A stretch of DNA of 33,525 nucleotides from a virus. The stretch's first letter is position 1, and each line of letters opens with the position of its first letter. Made by a program: the position numbers and the translations under genes. Below are positions 8,244 to 16,827 of this stretch, piece by piece. Under the pieces are notes generated by a model. The model did not search any database. It was not told the DNA's origin and saw only the letters and a program-made list of their open reading frames with translations. The stretch spans positions 1-33,525 of the IMG/VR virus record IMGVR_UViG_2756170196_000002; one strand, 5' to 3'.

Positions 8244-9104
8244 TCAGGAGTGATACTCTTTAGATATCCCTTCTATTGATTCCTCACACTTCTCGTAGAT
8301 ATTTGGATTGTATCTTTTAACTTGCTCCGCAAAAGTAATGTACCCTGCTTTTTCACTAGCCTCTGAAGTATCTAAACCTGATTGCCTCAACTCTATGGCC
8401 TCCTTTCTGTCCCTGTATTTCTCGCGGAAATCAGTGCCCCCACTACTGAACATTCGACAACGTTCCATATCATAATACTCCTCGCTTAAACATTCTGTAG
8501 CTTTCAATATTTTTGGATCTCTCTTTACCTTTCCGAGCGGGAGGCATACTTCTACGGAGACTGTATTAGTGAATTCTATATTATAAAGTGATGGCACTTC
8601 CAAGTCAACTAACTTATTGTTCACTACAGAAGCATACATTTCCGCATTATCAGCTATATGGTTGAAATTATGATTAGTTGGTGTGAAGAGGAGTTGGAAT
8701 TCTACTTTCCCTGGTATATTGAAGTCAGTTCCTTCATAAAAATACCGCCTCATTTTGTTAAACTGGCGTATAATCTCATTTGCACCTGTTGACTCCTTTA
8801 CCGCCTGTTCAGATTTCACTTCTGTCACTATTCCTTTCATCGGATACGGCCAGGCTTCTATCGGTTCTGGATCTACCTTATGTTCCCAGACATTATCCTC
8901 ATACTCGTATAATTGGTAGAGATCTACTATTCCTCGTGTTCCATAATGGTTATAATGATACTCTGGATAGACAGAATATTCCACATTAGATTTGAACTCT
9001 TCAGGATATATGTCCTCTACTGGATATCTATTTTCCAATCCATCTGTCTCTTCTCTCCCAGACTTGATCAAATGGTTTGTAATATCATCTTCCGTGATAC
9101 TCAT
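8244..9104 (-). CDS. AT-rich PD-(D/E)xK-superfamily nuclease-like protein
   Basis: EYHYNHYGTRGIVDL...VTEVKSE...GANEIIRQF..M.RYFY matches the E...D...E-x-K...Q pattern of a haloarchaeal hypothetical family; strongly AT-rich. Confidence 0.75.
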   Translation of the reverse strand: MSITEDDITNHLIKSGREETDGLENRYPVEDIYPEEFKSNVEYSVYPEYHYNHYGTRGIVDLYQLYEYEDNVWEHKVDPEPIEAWPYPMKGIVTEVKSEQAVKESTGANEIIRQFNKMRRYFYEGTDFNIPGKVEFQLLFTPTNHNFNHIADNAEMYASVVNNKLVDLEVPSLYNIEFTNTVSVEVCLPLGKVKRDPKILKATECLSEEYYDMERCRMFSSGGTDFREKYRDRKEAIELRQSGLDTSEASEKAGYITFAEQVKRYNPNIYEKCEESIEGISKEYHS

Positions 9105-9226
9105 ACGACTTCATGTAAGTGGTTCATAACAGAAATGTTTTGCCCAATTATCTAACAAGTGGTGGCATCTTATCTGAATAGAATCTCGTTGGGGAGAATA
9201 TTCCCAAGAAGGGTAATCTCGATATT

Positions 9227-9264
9227 CGCTCTGCAGTGGTGCTAGAATATGGAAGGGGTTTTCT
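9227..9264. repeat. Boundary direct repeat, copy 2
   Basis: CGCTCTGCAGTGGTGCTAGAATATGGAAGGGGTTTTCT, directly after the stop codon of the HTH gene. Confidence 0.9.
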
Positions 9265-9265
9265 C

Positions 9266-9835
9266 CTACAGCTCAACCTCGATGTCGAACGTGTGTCTTG
9301 GTGCGTGTGGACTGTTAGGATCATCTTCCTCCTCCACCAGGTGGCTGTGAAGATAGAGATCAATCTCGAGCCCGTAGCAGTTGAGCTCGTCCGTGAGAAG
9401 GGTGGCCACTTCCTCCTCGAGTCGAGCCATATTTCGATCGAACTGATCGTAGTCGGGATCTCCATTCCGATCCTTCGGTACTGGATTGATATCATCGTAC
9501 CCAGAGACGCCTGCTCGCTCTTCGAGAGTGTACGTCTCGTCGATTCTGATAGTAATACGGCCGTCCCAGGTTCGATTTTCGATCACTTGTGGTGCTGCAT
9601 ACTCGGAGATCACGTCTTCGAGAATATCGAGGATAACTTTCGCATTGGATATATTCGTAAATTTCCCCCGAGCGGAACTCACGTTCTCAGAGACAGCTTG
9701 CTGGCTTACTCCCCGACGATCTCCCCAGTTCTGTTGCGACTCACCGTACCATTGGACTGCGACGTAGTCGACAGCTTCGGCTGGAGTTAGATCGGTTTCT
9801 TCGACGAGTGTCAGCACGAGTTTGTCTTCCATCAT
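9266..9835 (-). CDS. HTH transcriptional regulator (sigma70 region 4-like HTH) with acidic C-terminal domain
   Basis: LTPAEAVDY...SQQNWGDRRGVSQQAVSENVSSA helix-turn-helix; divergent from the late operon. Confidence 0.75.
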   Translation of the reverse strand: MMEDKLVLTLVEETDLTPAEAVDYVAVQWYGESQQNWGDRRGVSQQAVSENVSSARGKFTNISNAKVILDILEDVISEYAAPQVIENRTWDGRITIRIDETYTLEERAGVSGYDDINPVPKDRNGDPDYDQFDRNMARLEEEVATLLTDELNCYGLEIDLYLHSHLVEEEDDPNSPHAPRHTFDIEVEL

Positions 9836-9870
9836 TACAAGCTATGCTTGTACTCCCCTAGTTAAATATC
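9836..9870 (-). promoter_or_regulatory. Leaderless promoter of the HTH gene with a 7-3-7 palindromic operator
   Basis: TTTAA on the minus strand at 9862-9866 (about -27 to -31); TACAAGC-TAT-GCTTGTA (9836-9852) lies between the TATA box and the ATG. Confidence 0.6.
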
Positions 9871-10022
9871 TGTTGGGAACCGCATGGGTGGTTTCCGTTG
9901 GATGGATATCTTTCTCTACCAATTGACAAAGTCTACCCCGAAAAGAACCAGTTTGATAGGACTATGATCCAAGATTCAAACAGAATCGGCAGTAGGCGTC
10001 GGGACAGTTAGAATCGAAAGGG

Positions 10023-10063
10023 AGTACGATAGCCTCGTATAATTAATTATATCGACTCGTACT
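10023..10063. promoter_or_regulatory. Palindromic TATA-like element
   Basis: Perfect 14-bp palindrome TATAATTAATTATA (10038-10051) flanked by AGTACGA/TCGTACT inverted arms. Confidence 0.5.
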
Positions 10064-10270
10064 ACGCAACCTGTTCTCTCAAATCCAGTGCCCTCTGTTT
10101 CGATCGGGTAGATATCAGTCTATCAATAACTCTTTCTCCCGTGCCAACTCAACGTCGTAGTGGATCATGGCGCCGATCGTCCTCAAGGCCGTGCGCTTCT
10201 GTTCGAACAACCACCGTCGCTGCGGGAGCGGTGCCCCCTTACTCTGGCCCCTATCCTTCTGCGGTTCCGA

Positions 10271-10308
10271 GAGGCAACTTCTGAATCTCCGATTCAGGAG
10301 TCTGCCTC
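10271..10308. other. Long hairpin in a non-coding region
   Basis: GAGGCA-ACTTCTGAATC-TCC-GATTCAGGAGT-C-TGCCTC: 17 pairs including one G-U, with a 1-nt bulge. Confidence 0.6.
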
Positions 10309-10877
10309 GACGAGGGAGCGGAGATATCTTCGATATCTGCGCGCCCGTTGTGCTGTTCCTGTTCTTCTATAAACGGAATATCCCTTCATTCAAAACGAAC
10401 ACGTAGTTACGTCCCATTAGAATATTTTTCTTCCAGTAAAAGTGCGACAGTACGAAGGGAAAGGAAAAATGGAGACTGGAGAGTGCGCCCTGACGTCCCT
10501 ACACCAATGGATCGACGTCGAGAAGAAAGCAGACGTCGGATCCAAAGACGGGCTGTCGAGCCCGACGTGTTCCTCCTGGGCCAGTACTTCATTCCTGGCG
10601 CCCCAACACGGCTTCGGGAAACCTTGTACCCTCGAGAATGCAGTAGGATACGTGGTTTACGCGAATACGGCGCGGGCTTACTTTACTGCGACAGTGCGAC
10701 GTTGCGACGTAGGAGATGGGAGTGGTGAAGGGTGATGTCGATCACCGATCCCGAGTGCAACTGAGTCTAGGGCTTCGACTAATATAAGTGTTCTGCATAG
10801 ATGAAATACGGCTTAACTTGAGTGAAAGATTTGTAATCTCAACACCACCGAAGTGTAAGGTGACTGTAACCCCTAAT

Positions 10878-11207
10878 ATGAATAGAAGAAGGGTGAATCG
10901 GCCTGTTACCTCTTTCGACTACATAATCACGATCCCATCCCGGGATGCTGATGATTTCGTCCAAACGACAACGGAGATCTTCGATATGGCGATCCAGCTC
11001 CCCAATACCTACGTTACGATCGATGTGGAGTCTGAAGACACCATCATCGGGATCGCTCGAGAGGACGTTGAGATGTATCCTGGTATTGTCGAGCACATCC
11101 TCGGCACTGTTCACGAGTACGAGAAGATGATCGACGCTCGGGAAACACACAACCGACACGCTGAGGATTTCGATTTCGACGATTATCGCGACTCCGACGA
11201 CGAATAA
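10878..11207 (+). CDS. Hypothetical acidic protein
   Basis: ATG at 10878 (in frame with track ORF 10788); acidic; first of a closely spaced run of genes. Confidence 0.65.
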   Translation: MNRRRVNRPVTSFDYIITIPSRDADDFVQTTTEIFDMAIQLPNTYVTIDVESEDTIIGIAREDVEMYPGIVEHILGTVHEYEKMIDARETHNRHAEDFDFDDYRDSDDE

Positions 11208-11215
11208 TATACACT

Positions 11216-11527
11216 ATGTCTGTTACTGAACCCACTGGCGACGAATCGGAACTGGACGACTACGAGATCAACGACTACGACGTTACGATCCCTGTCGACA
11301 TCACTGCGTTCGATTCCTACGAGGAACTCGAACTCACTGTTGTCGAGACAGCAGCGGATTCGATCGTCGATTACGTCGACGAACTCGACGCTGACGACAG
11401 ATCGTACGTGACGACGAAAGTTGATCTCAATTCGGAGGAACTCGAGGACGTCTTCCAGACGGATGACGACGACGTCGAGATCGTCAACGTCCAGACTCGA
11501 ACCCGACTCGGAATTGTGGGTGAATAA
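11216..11527 (+). CDS. Hypothetical acidic protein
   Basis: 103 aa, very D/E-rich, ACTATG start context. Confidence 0.7.
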   Translation: MSVTEPTGDESELDDYEINDYDVTIPVDITAFDSYEELELTVVETAADSIVDYVDELDADDRSYVTTKVDLNSEELEDVFQTDDDDVEIVNVQTRTRLGIVGE

Positions 11528-11529
11528 CC

Positions 11530-11844
11530 ATGTCTAAAGTCGAATGTGAATACTGTGGTGACGAATTTGAGGAACAAGGACTGGCGACTCATCAGCGCTT
11601 CTGTGATGAAGCTCAAGAGGCTGACTCCGAAGGAGATGTAGAGTACTCGGAACTCGAGGAAGCCGTCCTCGAGCGCGATGAGCGCTCCTGTGAGCGATGT
11701 GACGACGAAGATCACCTCGTAGTACACACGATCGATGAGCGATACGACGACGATATCCGGTATCTGGTGACGCTCTGCGAGGACTGCGAGGCCGAGATCG
11801 AGGGCCTCCATCCCCGGACGAAGCGGACGAAGATCGACGAATAG
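11530..11844 (+). CDS. C2H2 zinc finger plus degenerate HNH-like domain protein
   Basis: CEYCG...LATHQRFC; VLERD..SCERC...VVHTI...YLVTLCEDCE; located just upstream of terS. Confidence 0.75.
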   Translation: MSKVECEYCGDEFEEQGLATHQRFCDEAQEADSEGDVEYSELEEAVLERDERSCERCDDEDHLVVHTIDERYDDDIRYLVTLCEDCEAEIEGLHPRTKRTKIDE

Positions 11845-11850
11845 CCCGCC

Positions 11851-11878
11851 TGTTACCTCAATCCACGAGAATTGTAAT
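11851..11878 (+). promoter_or_regulatory. Bipartite intergenic motif TGTTACCTC-N8-AGAATTGTAAT, copy 1
   Basis: Exact arms and spacer length repeated at 19259-19286; both copies are intergenic, upstream of late gene blocks. Confidence 0.6.
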
Positions 11879-12029
11879 AATGCCAGAGGACGAATTAAAC
11901 GATAGAAGCCGACTCTACGCCCACTGCTCCGAGTGCGATCGAGTCTTCGAGAACGAGCTCGTTCTGCAGTACCACGAACGGACTGTGCACGGCGTGGACA
12001 ACTACTGACTACGTTCGAATCTACTACAA

Positions 12030-12467
12030 ATGTCTGAGAATAAGGGTGGTGCTCCTGAGAATAACGGGAACGCCGAGACTCATGGACTGTACAGTGATCG
12101 TGAAAAACTCTACCAGCGTCTGAGTGATAACGAGCAGCAGCTCGTCGTTCAGATCAGCACTGATCTCATCGACAAAGTCGACGGAGAGATCGACGCCTAC
12201 ACTCGAGAGGCGATCCGGAATATCGCTGTCGACACTGTCAAGCGGAATCGAGCGAACGAGCACATCGTTGCCGAAGATCTTGTTCGAGACGGTTCCGAGC
12301 GATCCGATCGTGTTCAGCAGGCCTATTCTCGCCTTGTTCGGGACACGACTCGGGAGATGGAGAAGCTCGGACTCCTCGATCAGGGCCCTGAAATGAAGAA
12401 AGCGGAGGCTCAGGAGGGCTGGATGAGCCAGATTTCGGACGCAAAAGACGCGTCTGACGACGAATAA
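12030..12467 (+). CDS. Terminase small subunit (probable)
   Basis: Position directly before terL; helical 145 aa with the C-terminal pattern MEKLGLLD..PE.KKAE as in halovirus TerS-like proteins. Confidence 0.7.
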   Translation: MSENKGGAPENNGNAETHGLYSDREKLYQRLSDNEQQLVVQISTDLIDKVDGEIDAYTREAIRNIAVDTVKRNRANEHIVAEDLVRDGSERSDRVQQAYSRLVRDTTREMEKLGLLDQGPEMKKAEAQEGWMSQISDAKDASDDE

Positions 12468-12478
12468 GAGGCCAAAAT

Positions 12479-12576
12479 AACCCGATTTTCGGCCGTTTTC
12501 ACCCCGATATCAGGCCGATTTCAGGCCGATATCACCCCGATTTCACCCCCTAAATCCGGCCATTTTCGGCCGTTTT
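12479..12576. repeat. Degenerate ~11-bp tandem repeats between terS and terL
   Basis: ACCCCGATATC/AGGCCGATTTC/AGGCCGATATC/ACCCCGATTTC (12501-12544) plus ATTTTCGGCCGTTTT at 12485 and 12562. Confidence 0.9.
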
Positions 12577-12590
12577 GACGCTCTGTCGCA

Positions 12591-14120
12591 ATGGATTCGG
12601 AACAGGAACACCCCCTTCAGCCCTACGTATCTGGGAAAGATCGGTACGTAAACTTCGCCCAGGACGTCCTTGGAGTCAATCTTGCCGAGGTTCAACAGCG
12701 AATTCTCCGGGCTGTCACCCAGAACAAGCACCTCATCATCGTCTCAGGCAACGGTGTTGGGAAGTCGTTCGCTGTTTCTGTTCTGAATCTCGCGTTCCTC
12801 TACACGAATCCGAACTCGACTGTCCTGATGACGTCTGGCTCGTATAGCCAGATGACTGAGGCGACGTTCAAACCGATGACGTCGCTGCTGAAGCAGGCTC
12901 GGAACAACGGAGTTCCGCTCGAGGGCCAGACGAAGAAGTCGCCACCGAGAATCGAATTCGAAAACGATCCCGAGCACTACTTCCGCTGTGTCTCCGGACG
13001 ATATCCGGACAACCTCGAGGGCCGTCACAACGAACGTGTCCTCGTTGTCGTCGACGAGGCCGACAAGCCGGACATCTCGATGGAGCACTTCGACTCCGCC
13101 CAGTCCTCGATCACTGACGACAAGGATCGGATGGTTGTGATCGGGAATCCACCTCGAGACGAGGGTAATTCCCTGTACGAACTGATGACGGATCCACGCT
13201 GGGAAGTCATCCAGTTCTCCTCGTTCGACTCTCACAACGTCCAGGTGGACGCTGAGATCGTCGAGGGGGAGAAGCTTCCTGGCCTCGTCGATCTCCAGCA
13301 GATTCGTGAGGACTGGAGATCTTGGAACCGGAGCAATTTCCCTGGCGTCGAGGACTGCCTCGAGATGCTCGAGGAGGATGACGAAACAGGAATCCTCACG
13401 GCCTCGGATTCCGGGCTCGATGAGCGATTCTATCGTCGTCGACTCGGCGTCATCCCTCCAGATGGATCGAAGTCCGTACGTCCGTTCTACACAGAGGACG
13501 TCACATCGGCTGAGAACGCCTGGCAGTCGATCGAAGACGAAGAGGTAGTGTACGACGCATACGGCGTCGACGTCGCTCGAGGAGGCGGTGATCGGACTGT
13601 AATCGTCGGGATTACTCCCGAACGTGTCGACGTGCTCGCGAACGTCGAGAGTCCAGGCGATCACTCTGTCAACAAGCGACTCGTCGAGCGTCACGTCCAT
13701 GACGAGACTACGCCTGTAATCATGGACGCGATTGGTGAGGGTTCCGGACTCGCAGACGAGCTCAATCGGACGTACAACGTCACTCGATTCAAGTCCAGTG
13801 AGAACGCTCGGCAGAAAACCAAGTACAATGACTGTCGTACTGAGGCGCTCTGTGAGTTCGGAAAGTGGCTCGAGAACGGCTCCGTCGAACCGCAGAGTGA
13901 TCTCACTACGGAACTCCGTGCAGCGTCGCGACACATCGAGCTCACTGAGAAGGAACTGAAGTCCGGGACGACGTGGAAGGCGACGTCGAAGTCGAATCTC
14001 AAGCAGAGCGATTCTCTCGGACGGAGTCCTGATCTTCTCGACGCTGCGACTCTCGCAGCGTGGGGACTGAACGTCGAACAGGCTACCTCGAACGCCGGCT
14101 ACGGATTTTACTCGTACTGA
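12591..14120 (+). CDS. terL: Terminase large subunit
   Basis: Walker A SGNGVGKS, Walker B VVVDEA, coupling motif IGNP, RNase H nuclease motifs GVDVARGGGD, MDAIGEG, RSPDLLDA. Confidence 0.95.
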   Translation: MDSEQEHPLQPYVSGKDRYVNFAQDVLGVNLAEVQQRILRAVTQNKHLIIVSGNGVGKSFAVSVLNLAFLYTNPNSTVLMTSGSYSQMTEATFKPMTSLLKQARNNGVPLEGQTKKSPPRIEFENDPEHYFRCVSGRYPDNLEGRHNERVLVVVDEADKPDISMEHFDSAQSSITDDKDRMVVIGNPPRDEGNSLYELMTDPRWEVIQFSSFDSHNVQVDAEIVEGEKLPGLVDLQQIREDWRSWNRSNFPGVEDCLEMLEEDDETGILTASDSGLDERFYRRRLGVIPPDGSKSVRPFYTEDVTSAENAWQSIEDEEVVYDAYGVDVARGGGDRTVIVGITPERVDVLANVESPGDHSVNKRLVERHVHDETTPVIMDAIGEGSGLADELNRTYNVTRFKSSENARQKTKYNDCRTEALCEFGKWLENGSVEPQSDLTTELRAASRHIELTEKELKSGTTWKATSKSNLKQSDSLGRSPDLLDAATLAAWGLNVEQATSNAGYGFYSY

Positions 14121-14148
14121 CTGACGACTGACGGTTTGACTACTAATT

Positions 14149-15666
14149 ATGAGTTTTCGAGAACGAATTACGAACGGTACGAAGAATTTTACCGAATCTA
14201 TCCTCGGCTACGGGGATCCAGACGTCCAGACGGAGAACCGTCGAGGAGACTATGCACTCTACTCGTACGGTGACGATGTCGGAAAGGTACGCCCCAACAA
14301 GGGAGATCTCGAACACTACTGGGATCAGTACCTCACAAGTCCACTAATCCGGGTTCCAATCCGGATGTATGCGGAAGACATCACGGAACCTGGGTATCGC
14401 GTCGATGCTGACGATGATGAGCTCGAAGCCGAACTCGAGAAGTGGCTCTCCCAGTCTGCAATCATCGCTGGTGAGAGTCACCGGGACTTCTCCGAAATTC
14501 TCGAGGGTGCGATCATCCAGAAGGAAGTCCGGGGAACTGCCCTCGCTGAAGTTGTCCCGAAGAGGGACGATCCGAATGGTATCTGGGGCTTCCGTCTGAT
14601 CAACGTCTCGACTGTCAACGCCTACACCTACGAGGATAAGGCTGTACTTGTTCGTCCTGAAGACACTGAACTAGACGGTGTCCAGCTGAACCAGCGTGGT
14701 GAGGCAGCTGCATACGGACAGTGGGACGACGGTGCGATCTCGGGCCCGTTCCCTGACAGGACTACGGTTCCCCTTTCACAGAACGATCTAGTCAAGATCG
14801 TCCAGGATCCGGACACGAGCGACATCTTCGGCTCCTCGACGATCGCTCCTGTCTCGAAGGAGATCGACGATCTCTATCGAATGCTCGACGATCTCGGTGA
14901 GGCAGTCCACATGAAGGGCTATCCGCACTGGATTTTCAAACTCGGAGAGCCCAACGGGGATGTTAGCCAACCTCGAGCCGGAATCTGGCCCGAGGAGGAG
15001 ATGAAGAACTACCGAGACTCCCATAAAGAAGGAGATTGGGAAGTCGGGCAGAAGGACTTCGTCCCTGGTGACGTAGAGGTTGAAACGATCTCGAGCGACG
15101 TTCCCGAAGTTCAGGAGGTGCTCGACTGGTACGTCGAAGAGATCGTCAGTGCGATGCCGGTTCCGAAGTACAAGGTTGGGTTCGCTGGCGAGATCAATCG
15201 CGACATCACTTCCGAACAGTCTCCCCAGTACGAGCGGAAGATCGAGAAGGAGCGCCGTCGACTCGAGAACGTCTTCGAGCCCGTCCTCGAGCGGAAAGCG
15301 AAGGAACTCGGGTACGGTGAGAACGCTGTCGATAGCATCCGACTCCGGATTGAGGAACCACACGAGCAGAACCCACTCCAACGCGACGACTTCGCCGTCG
15401 ACGATTTCTCGAAGTTCGCACAGGGACTCAACCGTGCGTCCGGAGGATCGCCTCAGGAGATCGTGAGTCCGGATGAGGTTCGAGATATGCTCGGCCTCCC
15501 ATCTCGAGACGAAGCCGATCAGTTCGACGGAGACGAACTTGACGAGGAAACTGAGGAGTCCCTCGACGCCTACTTCGAGGAGTTGTACGACGAGCCCGCT
15601 GTCCCAGACTCGATTGAGACTGAGGACGGAGGTGAGCTCGAGGAAGACGAAGAATCTAACGAATAA
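14149..15666 (+). CDS. Portal protein
   Basis: Follows terL; 505 aa; GTALAEVV, FGSSTI.PV..EID, I.SAMPVP motifs; acidic C-terminal tail. Confidence 0.88.
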   Translation: MSFRERITNGTKNFTESILGYGDPDVQTENRRGDYALYSYGDDVGKVRPNKGDLEHYWDQYLTSPLIRVPIRMYAEDITEPGYRVDADDDELEAELEKWLSQSAIIAGESHRDFSEILEGAIIQKEVRGTALAEVVPKRDDPNGIWGFRLINVSTVNAYTYEDKAVLVRPEDTELDGVQLNQRGEAAAYGQWDDGAISGPFPDRTTVPLSQNDLVKIVQDPDTSDIFGSSTIAPVSKEIDDLYRMLDDLGEAVHMKGYPHWIFKLGEPNGDVSQPRAGIWPEEEMKNYRDSHKEGDWEVGQKDFVPGDVEVETISSDVPEVQEVLDWYVEEIVSAMPVPKYKVGFAGEINRDITSEQSPQYERKIEKERRRLENVFEPVLERKAKELGYGENAVDSIRLRIEEPHEQNPLQRDDFAVDDFSKFAQGLNRASGGSPQEIVSPDEVRDMLGLPSRDEADQFDGDELDEETEESLDAYFEELYDEPAVPDSIETEDGGELEEDEESNE

Positions 15667-15673
15667 GATACAT

Positions 15674-16822
15674 ATGTATAATAACTACTTTACCAATCAT
15701 GGAAGTGGGGGAGAGGTTCGAGTATATGATAATACTGGAACATATGTAGACTCATACGGTTACTCAAATTTTGGACAGTATGGGGCAGAATTCACTGTAC
15801 AAGATGACTCTAACGGATTTTATACAATCTATTATAATGGAGAGGATAAACTAGCAAAACACGATAAATCAAACTCGTTATCTAACGTCTGGGAAGTTAG
15901 TACTGGTGTTAATCCTAAAAGTCTATATCTTGGTGGAAATGGAGAATATTTACTCATATCCGGACACGACAATGATCTTATAGCCAAATCTGCAAGTGAT
16001 GGATCTGAGTTATGGTACACTACTCTTGGATATACAGAAACTGATATTACAATATCAAGCACTGGCGATATTATAGCCACTGATGGCAGCGATATTTATG
16101 AGTATGATAGTAGCGATGGATCAGAGATAAAATCAATAAGTCCAGATCAGGGTATAACTGCTATCACCCGAGACGATGATGATAATTATGTCATTGGAAC
16201 ATCTGGAATTGGTATTGCTAAAATAGATAGATCAGATGGATCTACTATCTGGGAAATTTCCCCCAACTATGGTAGTCTAGATTCACTGTATAGGGACGAT
16301 ACTGGAAGATACTATGGTTATACAGAAAACGCAGACATTGGTGTTGTTGACGACACTGGATCTAAACTTTGGTGGGAGCAGTACGACTATAACGACGATC
16401 CAGGAGGGCCACTGAAACCGTTAAGAACATCTAGTGGTGACTATAAGGCAGTATATTATAACTCAAATTACGGGGATACAATTTATGTAGATCCAGAAAC
16501 TGGGGGTGAAGATACAAGAATATCAGGAACTGCTAATTGGGATGATTATACGACACATCCAAACTATACGGCTCAACCCGATTCATGGATAAAAACTACT
16601 AATTTCTCCGGTACAGTGAAGTTAGATGGATCGGGTGTCGAGGGAGCAGAGATTATCCTAATTGAAGATGAGACTGATGAAGTCCTTACTCGAGTATCGA
16701 GTAACCCTGATGGAACCTGGAGTGCTGAGGTGAAAGATACGACAATCCACGCAGTAGCCCAGTACAAAGACAGTAATGGGAATATCTACAACTCCGAGAG
16801 CTACCCGTACGTCAATGAGTAG
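15674..16822 (+). CDS. AT-rich PQQ/BamB-like beta-propeller protein with C-terminal carboxypeptidase-regulatory/transthyretin-like domain (putative adhesin)
   Basis: ATG at 15674; repeats of the type D.SDGS..W...; C-terminal FSGTVKLDGSGVEGAEI.L......V.S..DGTWS. Confidence 0.75.
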   Translation: MYNNYFTNHGSGGEVRVYDNTGTYVDSYGYSNFGQYGAEFTVQDDSNGFYTIYYNGEDKLAKHDKSNSLSNVWEVSTGVNPKSLYLGGNGEYLLISGHDNDLIAKSASDGSELWYTTLGYTETDITISSTGDIIATDGSDIYEYDSSDGSEIKSISPDQGITAITRDDDDNYVIGTSGIGIAKIDRSDGSTIWEISPNYGSLDSLYRDDTGRYYGYTENADIGVVDDTGSKLWWEQYDYNDDPGGPLKPLRTSSGDYKAVYYNSNYGDTIYVDPETGGEDTRISGTANWDDYTTHPNYTAQPDSWIKTTNFSGTVKLDGSGVEGAEIILIEDETDEVLTRVSSNPDGTWSAEVKDTTIHAVAQYKDSNGNIYNSESYPYVNE

Positions 16823-16827
16823 ACAAG

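Noticed and set aside
10160-10735. Overlapping 70-126 aa ORFs in the control region
   Set aside because: Several competing frames, none acidic or with backbone codon style; left unannotated.
15473-15673. N-terminal extension of track ORF 15473..16822
   Set aside because: It overlaps the portal gene and starts at a non-ATG codon; composition changes exactly at ATG 15674.
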